From Macrostomum hystrix (Eukaryota; Animalia; Platyhelminthes): 64,000 nucleotides of DNA. A program made the position numbers and the translations under genes. The notes under the pieces were generated by a model. The model ran no database searches and was not told where the DNA came from. It saw nothing but the letters and a program-made list of their open reading frames with translations. Where the stretch lies: contig CATNEN010000012.1 in NCBI GenBank assembly GCA_950097015.1, positions 372,001-436,000 of the forward strand, written 5' to 3'. Of the stretch, positions 9,996-21,700 are shown one piece after another (the first letter of the stretch is position 1; the number at the start of each line of letters is the position of its first letter).

Positions 9996-12900
9996 ATGCC
10001 AACCGACTCGCGTAGCAACGCCCTTGGCGACGGGGATTTAAAGACGCCTCGCCGCTGCCTTATCACCGGCGGCGGCGGCTACGTTGGGCGAAGCATCGCC
10101 CGGGCTTTGACAGCTCGCGGTGACGTCGTGACCCTCGCTGACGTGCACTTTGGCGCGGCCCAGATTGACGAAAAAGTCGACGGCGTCTGCACCCGCGTCC
10201 GTGTTGACGTCGCTAATGCGCCCGATGTCGACCGCGCCTTGTCAGGCGGCTTCGACTGCGTGTTTCATGTTGCCTCGTTCGGCATGTCCGGCGGGGACAT
10301 GGTGAGGTGCCGGTCGCCTGCTCCGCTTTTCTTTTTTCCTTCGATTTTCACTAATTCCAAGCTGATTTGCTCCCTATGCGAAATTAAAGTGCAAATGGAA
10401 CTGACTAATTCCTAAAAAAAGTTTTCTATTGCAGCTAAACAAAGAAAAGATCCACGCTGTTAACGTGACGGGAACTAAGAATGTGATTGCAGGTTCGGCA
10501 AAAAAATTTACTGCGGTTTCAAAGTATTATTGTATGGCGAAGTCTTAAGGACTCAAATAGGCGCTTTTTAATGATTGAAGAGAGAATAGCTTGAGATGGG
10601 AAAAGTGGAGCGAATGCAGAAGGAACGATAGTAGAGAACGGAGGGAAAGATGAGAGAGAGCCGAGGGAAAGACGAGACAGAGTGGAAGGGAAAGATGAGA
10701 CAGCGGAAGGGAAAGATGGGCGAGAGCGGAGGGACAAATGGGAGAGAGCGGAGGGAAAGATAAGAGAGAGAGCGGAAGGGAAAGATGGGCGAGAGCGGAG
10801 GGACAAATGGGAGAGAGCGGAGGGAAAGATAAGAGAGAGAGCGGAGGGACAAATGGGAGAGAGCGGAGGGAAAGATAAGAGAGAGAGCGGAGGGACAAAT
10901 GGGAGAGAGCGGAGGGAAAGATGAGAGAGCGGAGGGAAAGATGGGAGAGAGCGGAAGGGAAAGATGAGAGAGAGCGGAGGGAAAGATAAGAGAGAGCGGA
11001 GGGAAAGATGTTAGAGAGCGGAGGGAAAGATGGGCGAGAGCGGAAGGGAAAGATGAGAGAGAGCGGAGGGAAAGATGAGAGAGAGCGGAGGGAAAGATGA
11101 GAGAGAGCGGAGGGAAAGATGAGAGAGAGCGGAGGGAAAGATGAAAGAACGAAGGGAAACATCGGAGAGACAAGGATTTAAGAAGTTAATTTATTTTTTC
11201 TTGGCGCTAACTAGAGAATTATGTAGCGAAAACAAAATGTACACTGCAGCCTGCCAGAAGTACAGCGTAAAAGCCTTGGTATACACAAGCACTTACAATG
11301 TAGTGTTCGGCGGTCAGGAAATACTTAACGGAGACGAATCGCTACCCTACCTGGCCATGGATAAGGTAGACGAGCTGCCTAGCCTTGCCTATTTACCTAC
11401 TGTCTGAATGACAATCGTTAGACACCTCAACGTAAATAACTTATTATTAACCTTATTAACTTTGAGCACGTCGATGAGTACAGCCGCTCCAAGAGTGTGG
11501 CGGAGCAGCTGGTGCTGGCTGCCAATAGTCCAGCCGGACTGCTCACCTGTGCGCTCCGTCTGGCAGGTGTCTACGGGCCCGGCGAGCAGCGCCATCTGCC
11601 ACGCGCCGTCGCCTTCATGGCCGCCGGCGCATTCCGAGTGCGCTGGGGCCTGCGCCAGGCCGATGTTGACTTCCTGCATATTGACAACCTGGTGCAGGTG
11701 AGGCGAACGGCGGCTGCTCATGTCATTATAAGAATTTTCACATAGAGGCTTTCTTTACGGTTTTAAAAAATGTTTGATCTCGCAGCACACGCTGATCTGT
11801 GAATTAAGTTTTCTGCCGACTTTTTCTACTTTTTTCGCTGCTCTATGCCAAGAGCTGTGGACGAATCTGATGCCCAGTTTGTGCGTTCTTCAGCCACTGA
11901 TTGGTCTTTTTACACTTACGTAGCGATCTGATTGGCCCTTGACCCTCTCTTTGTTCTCTGGTTGGTCTGTCACACTCTCTTACTCCCCTGATTGGTCCGC
12001 CACACTCACGTAGTCCTCTGGTTGTCCCTTTACCCTCCTGCTCTTCTGATTGGTCCGCCAAACTCTCCTGCTCTTCTGATTGGTCCGCCACACTCTCCTG
12101 ATCTTCTGATTGGTCCGCCACACTCTACTGCTCTTCTGATTGGTCCGCCAAACTCTCCTGCTCTTCTGATTGGTCCGCCACACTCTACTGCTCTTCTGAT
12201 TGGTCCGCCAAACTCTCCTGCTCTTCTGATTGGTCCGCCACACTCTCCTGCTCTTCTAATTGGTACGCCAAACTCTCCTGCTCTTCTGATTGGTCCGCCA
12301 CACTCTCCTGCTCTTCTGATTGGTCCGCCACACTCTCCTGCTCTTCTGATTGGTCCGCCACACTCACGTAGTCCACTGATTGTCCCTTTACCCTCCTGCT
12401 CTTCTGATTGGTCCGCCACACTCCTGCTATTCTGATTAGTCCACCGGACTCTCCAGCTCTTCTGATTGGTCCGCCACAATCTCGTTGTTCTCTGGTTGGT
12501 CCGTCACCCTCTCCAATTCCTTTGATTGGTTGGCACCCTCATACTCCTCTGATTGGTCCGCCAACCTCCCTACTCCTCGTACTTCAGATTTTTCAGCTAA
12601 TAATTGACATGTTATTATAAGAAAGTAGGATTCAATATTATCAGGGTTCCGAAAAATAGAATTAGTTGCTTCGTACATTTACGAAACAAACGTTATAATG
12701 AAGTAAGATTAAAAGATTTTATCATAAGAGTGTCTTCACCAATGGAATCTCAATGGATTCCTAGAAAGCCATCGATAACTGCAGCTGAAATCTCGCCAAC
12801 CTGTCCAGGCTCACGTCAAAGCCGGTGACCGTCTCCTTGTCGGCGACAGTCGCGTAGCCGGCCGCGCCTTCTTCCTATCGGACGGTGCTCCGACGCCAAA

Positions 12901-13300
12901 CTTCGACTTCTTCGCCAAACTGGCCAGCGGCCTCGGCTACCCGACGCCCTGCCTGGCCATGCCCTACCACCTCATCTACGCCCTGGCCTACCTGACTGAG
13001 CTGGCCCACGCAGCCGCCGTCAGGCTGCGGCTGCCGGCCTTCGAGCCGCCTCTAACCAGGGCCGAGGTTTGCAAAACCGGCGTCACTCATCACTTCAGCG
13101 TGGCCGGCGCTGCCGACGCGTTCGGCTACTCGCCAACCGTCTGCAACGATTTGGACGCGTGCGTTGATTGGTTCCGACAGCACGGCTGGGGCCGCCGGCC
13201 CCCGGCTCCGTCTGGCGGCCTGCTGAGGCTCCTGCTGCGACTGGCATGCCTGGCCTGCCTGTGCGCCCTGATCGCCTCCCTGCTGCCTACGGCTGAGTGA
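9996..13300 (+). CDS. SDR42E1: Extended SDR, 3-beta-HSD family, SDR42E1-like (400 aa)
   Basis: Exons 9996-10301, 10435-10492, 11250-11365, 11467-11697, 12809-13300, all in phase. Motifs: TGGGGYVG Rossmann fold, VFHVASFGMSG, YTSTYNVVFGG, catalytic YSRSK, GVYGPGE, C-terminal hydrophobic segment. Confidence 0.88.
10630..11150. repeat. ~22-bp purine-rich intronic minisatellite
   Basis: GAGAGAGAGCGGAGGGAAAGAT and variants, SDR42E1 intron 2. Confidence 0.92.
11920..12570. repeat. 30-bp CCAAT-containing intronic minisatellite
   Basis: Unit CTCTTCTGATTGGTCCGCCACACTCTCCTG, SDR42E1 intron 4. Confidence 0.93.
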
Positions 13301-13506
13301 CGCGTGGGCACCTCCCGGCCTGCTCGCCGCTATAACAGTAGAATAGAAATAGTCGGGCCATGTCTAGAGCTAGGCTGGTATAAGAAGGTTTTAGAATATG
13401 TAAGGAAATACGAGTGACGTCGTATTTTGCTAATTATAAAAAACAAATTGCCTGAGGATTGCCTTGCAGCCAGCGATAATCGGAGTAAAACGGTGCCGTG
13501 ACAAGG

Positions 13507-13970
13507 CGACTCAAACGCTTCTCTAACGACTCAAACGCTTCTCTAACGACTCAAACGCTTCTCTAACGACTCAAACGCTTCTCTAACGACTCAAACGCTT
13601 CTCTAACGACTCAAACGCTTCTCTAACGACTCAAAGGGCTTCTCTAACGACTCAAACGCTTCTCTAACGACTCAAACGCTTCTCTAACTACTCAAATGCA
13701 TCTCTTACTACTCAAACGCATCTCTTACTACTCAAACGCATCTCTTACTACTCAAACGCATCTCTTACTACTCAAACGCATCTCTTACTACTCAAACGCA
13801 TCTCTTACTACTCAAACGCATCTCTTACTACTCAAACGCATCTCTTACTACTCAAACGCATCTCTTACTACTCAAACGCATCTCTAACGACTCAAACGCT
13901 TCTCAAACGACTCAAACGTTCTTCAAATTAGTCAAACGCTTCTCTAACAACTCAAACGCTTCTCTGACGA
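13507..13970. repeat. 20-bp minisatellite with two subtype blocks
   Basis: A CGACTCAAACGCTTCTCTAA block, then a TACTCAAACGCATCTCTTAC block, then a return to the first type. Confidence 0.95.
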
Positions 13971-14599
13971 CTAAACTTCTGATATCAACTTAGAAAATAG
14001 TTGGGTGCCTGTTGCAAGGTGATGCACTTGCTCCCGCTGTCGACCAATCTGTACTCCTGTCCCTACTGTCTTCCGCCTGCCAATGCCAGTTTTTGAAATA
14101 TTTTAATTGCTTCTTTACCGTATTGCACTATGTAAGCAATGGAAAAAGCAATTGTTGTTGTTAACATTTGATTGTTATGTTATAATTGTTGGTTAAGTAC
14201 TCGTACTTTTAATATATTATTTTACTTACAAAGTTTTAATAGCTGCATCTGTTACTTATCAAGTAACGAGTGTGGCCATGAAAAAATGCTATTCCCCCGA
14301 GTGCGCTGACCGTATTTTTTTCCTAAAAGCCGCAACTGCCTTATGCACTTTTTATGGAGAAATATATACATATATATTAGTTTTACGAAATAGCTTGGAA
14401 TTGATGTTTGAAATTTAGTACTTTTATTTACTATTGTCTTTGTTTTTTCAAACCCTGAGTTTGACAAAAAAGACGTCGAAATTCAAATGACGCAAAACAT
14501 ACCGTATTATAACAAACCATGTCTTTCGAGTTCTGAGAAAGTGTGTTTTAACAGGATTCCAAGGAAACCTGCTGGAGTAGGATCGTAAAAGCGATCTTA

Positions 14600-14970
14600 A
14601 GAGGATTTCTGCATTACCTGTGAGAATGGGATTCTAAGCAAGCATCGCTTATGAAATTCACAAAAAATGTGAAAATGGATTCTAAGAAAGATATCTTAAT
14701 GATGGTCTCTCACAACCTGTGAAAATGGGAATCTAAGAAAGAGGTCTCAATGTGATTCTTTCACAACTTGTCAAAATGGAATTCTAAGAATGAGGTCTCA
14801 ATGAGATTCTGTTACAACCTGTAAAAAAGGGATTCTAAGAAATAGGTCTCAATGAGGTTCTCTCACAACCTGTGAAAATGGGATTCTAAGAAAGAGGTCT
14901 CATTGAGATTCTCTCACAACCTGTGAAAATGGGATTCTAAGAAATAGGTCTCAATCAGATTCTCACAAAA
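14600..14970. repeat. 51-bp minisatellite, ~7 diverged copies
   Basis: CCTGTGAAAATGGGATTCTAAGAAAGAGGTCTCAATGAGATTCTCTCACAA; unit starts at 14716, 14767, 14818, 14869, 14920. Confidence 0.9.
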
Positions 14971-15710
14971 TATGTGAGAACGATTGAAAGTTGCGCTGAC
15001 GGGAGCGCCTCCCGCCGTATTTAGTCTGGTTGTGGTGTTAAGGTAGCTTAAATTGACCTCCCTCGGTATGGGCTGCTCCCAGCTGTTGTAACTACGGCTC
15101 GTTATTAAATTCTTCAATTAAATTCAGTGGAAATCACGAGGAGCTTCTCAAATAGAACTTCTCAAAGATTAGACTGCTCATAAAAGTGCATCCGATTCTG
15201 AAGCTTCCCACCCCAAACTGTACTACAGCAACAAGCTGCGCGGCAGAGACAAATAAACTTGGGAAAAGCCTTCGCAATGATATCGATTGTTGAACCCTCA
15301 GCAAGTCGCGATGGCGTGAGTGCAGTGCTCTGAAAAGCCTGAGCGCTGCAGCTGCCGAGACTGGGTTGTTGAGCTCAATGCGATTGTCTCGCGCAACCCC
15401 AGCAGCCGTAAAAGACGCGAGAACAGAAAAAAAAATCCTTCTGCTCAAGTGGTCCGTGAAGTCACCTCCGCTTTGACTTTACTAACCTGAGAGGCGAACC
15501 TAAAATGCTCTCTCAACGGTGTGCCAGCAGTTTCCGCTCCAGCATTGCCACCTTTGTTTACAGCTGGTTGCTGGCCAAACTGACGCTCTCCCGAGACGCC
15601 AACCAGTCGCTCCTAAAGTATAAACTGCAGAGCAAGCTCAGCGAACTGCTTTAGCAAGTGCTAGTTCTAGGCTAAACTTCTAGGTCCTGTAATATTGTGG
15701 CAAGCCCGAC

Positions 15711-18700
15711 ATGTCTGATGAGCACACGGTCAGCCTCGTCATGTCCGAGCTTAACTGCAGCGACTCCAGCCTGAAGCTGCGAGATCTGGAACTCTGCGGC
15801 AATAGTCCGCCTGCTGGCGACCTACTCGACGCTGTCAGAGCGGTCGAATCCGAAGAGCTCAGCGCCGAAGCGTTTGCAGCTGCAACTGGCGACTATCTTG
15901 ACGCGTCATTCAACTATTCGTCCGGGCAAATTCGGGTGAGTTGACTTCGGCTTTGAATGCCTCCAAGATGCTGTTGAGTTGTGTCTCCAAGATGCAGTGG
16001 AGTTGTCTCCAAGATGCTGTGGAGTTGTGTCTCCAAGATGCTGTGGAGTTGTGTCTCCAAGATGCAGTGGAGTTGTGTCTCCAAGATGCTGTGGAGTTGT
16101 GTCTCCAAGATGCTGTGGAGTTGTGTCTCCAAGATGCTGTGGAGTTGTGTCTCCAAGATGCTGTGGAGTTGTGTCTCCAAGATGCTGTGGAGTTGTGTCT
16201 CCAAGATGCTGTGGAGTTGTGTCTCCAAGATGCTGTTGAGTTGAGTCCAAGATGCTGTGGAGTTGTGTCTCCAAGATGCTGTGGAGTTGTGTCTCCAAGA
16301 TGCTGTGGAGTTGTGTCTCCAAGATGCTGTGGAGTTGTGTCTCCAAGATGCAGTGGAGTTGTGTCTCCAAGATGCTGTGGAGTTGTCTCCAAGATGCTGT
16401 GGAGTTGTGTCTCCAAGATGCTGTGGAGTTGTGTCTCCAAGATGCTGTGGAGTTGTGTCTCCAAGATGCAGTGGAGTTGTGTCTCCAAGATGCTGTGGAG
16501 TTGTGTCTCCAAGATGCTGTGGAGTTGTGTCTCCAAGATGCTGTGGAGTTGTGTCTCCAAGATGCAGTGGAGTTGTGTCTCCAAGATGCTGTGGAGTTGT
16601 GTCTCCAAGATGCTGTGGAGTTGTGTCTCCAAGATGCTGTTGAGTTGTGTCTCCAAGATGATGTTGAGTTGTGTCTCCAAGATTCAGTGGAGTTGTGTCT
16701 CCAAGATGCAGTGGAGTTGTGTCTCCAAGATGCTGTGGAGTTGTGTCTCGAATATAACTGCTATTTTTACCTGCATCCTCCAGCTACCGGACCGGGCCGT
16801 CATCAACTGCTGCTCGCTGCTTCACCAGGCCGTGGCCATAGACAATCCTGGCGCTCTGGCCCGCCTCCTGGATCGCTGGCGGCCCGCTGAGCTGGCCCCG
16901 CTGACCGCTGTGAGAATCGATAGCATCGATTTCCCAATAATCCCCATTGATTTTAACTTTCCGCTTTTTAATTATTTGCCGAAAATTACAGGAGGGCGAG
17001 ACTCCGCTCCATCTGGCCTGCCAGCTGGGGAATCCCTTCCTGGTGCGCCTGCTGGCCCGCCGGATTCCCCGACAGGTGGAAATAGCCGATTGCCATGGCA
17101 ACACGCCTTGCCACCTCGCGGCAGCGGCCGGGCCAGTTTGCGTGGCCCAGCTGTGCCTGGTGGACCGGCTGGACTGGACTGTGCGCAATCGGGTGAGCTG
17201 GCTAACTGATTTGTACTTTAAAGTGTACTTTAAACTTTAAAGCTATCTTAAAGTACTGGTGCAGTTTTGGTCCGTCTTAAAATGTACTGTTATGAATTTG
17301 TCGCCTCATGTTACAGCTGTTTCAACTGAAGCACTAGGAAATAAAGGGTATTCTTCAGGACATCATTTTCTTTGTCTTAGGTCGGGAATCGAACTCCCGA
17401 CCACTCGATCAGAACTTTAAAGCTCTAACGTTTGGGCAACTATATGTACCAGTACTAGAAGTACCATTAAAGTACAAAAAATTAGCGCAAGAAATGAGTT
17501 AGAATAGGGGTAGGCAAACTTATTTTCTGGCGGGCCAAAGAGAGAACCTAACAGACGACAGCGGGCCGCATTGACTGTATAAATATGAGATAGGGGAGAG
17601 ATGAGACACGGGAGAGATGAGACACAGGAGAGATGAGACACGGGAGAGATTAGACACGGGAGAGATGAGATACAGAAAGATGATACACGAGAGAGATGAG
17701 ACACGGGAGAGATTTAACAGGGGAGAGATTAGACACGGGAGAGATTAGACACGGGAGAGATTAGACATGGGAGAGATAAGACACGGGAGAGATTAGACAC
17801 GGGAGAGATTAGACACGGGAGAGATTAGACACGGGAGAGATTGGACACGGGAGAGATTAGACACGGGAGAGATTAGACACGGGAGAGATTAGACACGGGA
17901 GAGATTGGACACGGGAGAGATTAGACACGGGAGAGATTAGACACGGGAGAGATAAGACACGGGAGAGATTAGACACGGGAGAGATAAGACACGGGAGAGA
18001 TTAGACACGGGAGAGATTAGACACGGGAGAGATAAGACACGGGAGAGATAAGACACGGGAGAGATGAGACACGAGAGAGATGAAACAGGACGCTGTAGAT
18101 GTCAGAAGGGGCAACGGGCCGGATTTGGGAGCTTCGAGGGCCGCATCTGGCCCGCGGGCCGGAGTTTGCCGACCCCTGAGTTAGATTAATCTACGAACCT
18201 TGACTACTAGACTTGCAGCCTCTCTTGTTTTCTCTTGCGTGAAAGAGAATTTTCGCACTTGAGTGCTGAAATCCAGAGTTACAGGTACAGGCCCTTTCTC
18301 TTTAATTAAAAGTCTCCTTCACTGTCTTTCACACTCCGTCGTGTCATTCTCCCTGGCTCGCAGAATGGCAAAACTCCAGCCGACCTGGCTGAGAAGCGCA
18401 GCGAAGTTCAACAGCTAATTAGCATGTACCAAAATGTGAGCCAACATGCCTACTATGACTAGTAGAGAAGCTTTTAATGGCAGAATTACAATTTTATTTA
18501 TCTTTTTTCGTCTTGCATCACAGAAAAGCAGCGCATTTTACAAGCATCGCTGCCTAGAAGTAAAGGAGTGCTGCCGGTTTGTGGAAAAGTGAGTGGGGCC
18601 TGATGACTGTGCGAATGAAAACTTACTGGACACATGTGCGTGTGCTCAGTGTGACACCTGTCCTATTCCCCCCGCAGAGCTGAAGGCCTGTGCCATTGCG

Positions 18701-21700
18701 GACTGACAGCAGAGGAGCACCTGCACACTCAGCAGCAGCTAATAACTGTCACATTGGGCAGAAACGACAGCATCAGCAGCAGCAGCAAATGGACGGCGTC
18801 AACACACCTGATGCCAATTGTCACCGATGCGTTCGGTTGCCTAAAGATGTCTGACTATTTTTCTGCGAATGTAAGTGTATTATTTTGCTTTCAGCCTTGC
18901 TTCCGCTTTTCTTCGGTACTTAGTTTTTTTTCATTTTTTGCTTCAATTCCAAGATTTTTCTGAATTTTTATAATTTTCTCTCTTTTTATGGAATTCTCCT
19001 TTGATCGGAATTCCCCTATGATTGGAATTCCCCTTTGCTTAGAATTCCCCTATGATTGGAATTCCATGTGCTTAGAATTCATGATCGGGGAATTTAGACT
19101 TTGACTTACAATTCCCCTATTTGAAATTCCCATGCATTTATTTGTAATTTTCAGATCCTTGGTAATCCCATTTAGTTAGAATTCCCTATTACCTACAATT
19201 TCCATATCATTGGAAGTCCCAAATACTTTGACTTTCCCTTTTCGTCTAATCCCGCACGGGTGCCTCTAAACCAGGAAATCCCAATCAACAACATTCCCAC
19301 CTGTCGTTCCCGAAAGTTTGTCCGCATCTGCAGCTCCACCGAGGACGCCCAGCTCCAGTGGCTGCTGCATCAGGTGTGGCGCATTCGGCAGCCGTCCATG
19401 CTGGTGACGGTACTCGGCGGCCAGACGACCCGGACCGATTTCAGCAAAGTCTTCATGAAGGGCTTCTGGAAGGCGGCGGGCAGCTCCAGTGAGTGGCTGG
19501 TTGCAAGTTCTATTTTTAGAAGAAAAAAGCGGGAAAACCCCTCAGTAAATGACCTCAAGCGCGTGTCTGACTGACCTTGAGCAGCCAATAAAATTATTCG
19601 ATTACAGACTCTCTGGTCGTGACCGACGGTCTCAGCAAGGGCATTGTGAAGCTGGCTGGCAAAGCAGTCAGAGACTACAATGACGCCTACGGCCAGGAGC
19701 GGATTAGCTTGCTGGCTGTGTTGCCATGGAAACTGCTGCCTTATAGATCTCAGCTTTTATGTCGAGACTACAAGGTTGGAAAAAGATAATATAATTGGAA
19801 AAGCAATATTGTCTTCAGGAAGCCCATAAAAAATTAGTTTCAATATTTTATAAATCTCAGCCGTTTGCCGCAATCCTCACTCTCACAGAGCGTGTCGCGC
19901 GCGCCCCCGCCAGCGCCACCCGGCGCGTCGCCGGGCCTGGATCCCAATCACAGCTTCTTCCTATTGGTGGACGATTGCGGAGAGAATTCTGCTAATATTG
20001 CCGAGTTTAGAGCCAGAGTTGAGACTCTGCTCACCCATCTAGACGATTCTATGCCTCAGGCGCCGGCCTGCAGCATCTTGGCCAACGGAACATTAAGGGA
20101 TTTACCCAGCCTGCACAGGTTTGGAATTCCCTTTGAGCTAAAAATAGCTATGAGCTCTCTATTGGGCGTTTTCTGATTGGACGGTTGGCGTTCAGCCAAT
20201 GCTTAACGAGTCTCTTAACAGTAAAAATAACTCGGGCTATTTTGAATACCCACATTTTTCTTTTTTTCTGTATCTCCTAAAAGATTCAACCAATGGCCAT
20301 GAAAATGTAGAACACGGGCTAGAATTTTCCGCTATATTCGATGAAACACCTTCCAGAATCTCAAAACATCAGCATCGTCGAGATATTCAACAATTCTCGT
20401 CTGTATCTGGCGGCAAAATACAAATGTAGGAAAAAAGCGTTGTCTTTCTACTCACTGAGGTGTGAGTCGGGGGCTTGATATTCTTATTATCAGGTAGACC
20501 CACATGCGCTCCATTTTGCTCTGATTGGCTAAACGACTAGCGTCCAATCAGAAAGCAGCCAATTATTTAGAGTAGATATAAAAAGCCTCTCTCGCCAAAC
20601 ACTAGATGCCTCGTCCTCCGTCACTGCTCAGCGGTGCTGGTCCGGGGCTCCGGCGGCCTCGCCGACGCCGTCTGCCACCTGCTGGATCTGCAGAGCGGTG
20701 AGGTTCGCATTGAAAACGCCGCCATGCGATCGGCCGGGCTCGAAGCTCTGGCCGGCTTGACGCTGCAGAAATGGCTCTGCGCTGATCATCCGCCGGATGG
20801 GGCGGATGTCCGGATGCTGGCCGAGATCTCAGCTGCTCAGCACCTTATTGAAGTGTTCTCAGTTGAGGACGACATGGCCTCCGATTTCGACGCAAAAATT
20901 CTCGCCTCGCTGCTCGGAATATCAGCGGCGGACGGTGGCGGCGGCGCAGGCGGAAGCGGCGGCGACGCCGAAGGCGAGGACTCGGACGCCTTGAACATCG
21001 ACCAGCTGCGAGTCGCAATGTCCATTGACAGATGCGACATTGCCAGGACCAAGATCTTCACTGATGCCAAAAAGTGGATAGTGAGTTTAATATTAAAATG
21101 AGGACTTAAGACGACGATTGGCGATCGAAGGAAATGTAAGGGGATTTCTCTGAGGATATTAGGATTTCTGGAATAGAATGGATTCGACAAGAGGACAGGA
21201 ATTCAATACAGAGGATAGAGAATTAGGGAGTATAATTTGGATTCTGTTATTAGAACGGGGACTCGGGGAGGAGAATGGGGACTCGGGGAGTGGAATGGGG
21301 ACTCGGGGAGTGGAATGGGGACTCGGGGAGAGTAATGGGGATTCAGGACTCATTCAAAACTAGCAGCACTCCTCCAATCGCCTCCGAAACCCCCAGCAAA
21401 GCGACCTGGAGCCGCTGATGCTGCAGGCCCTGAGAGACAATCAGCTCGAGTTCGCAGAGCTCATGGTGGAGCAGGGCTTCAGTTTGAACAACTTCGTGAC
21501 GGACGCGATGATGCTTGAGCTGTACAGCAGGGCGCTGACTGAGCAGTCGGTAAATTGAACACTTTAAAGAACAGCGCATCGCTGGGTCTCCGAGAGACAA
21601 GCCTCGGTGCAATTAGCCTACAGTATCTACCCAATTAGCCTACAGTATCTACCCAATTAGCCTACAGTATCTACCCAATTAGCCTACAGTATCTACCCAA

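Noticed and set aside
15906-16890. Many long periodic ORFs from repeats (also 6765, 7376, 10545, 11980, 25405, 28583, 40284, 50806, 52584 etc.)
   Set aside because: They are translations of stop-free minisatellites inside introns whose flanking exons already join in phase.
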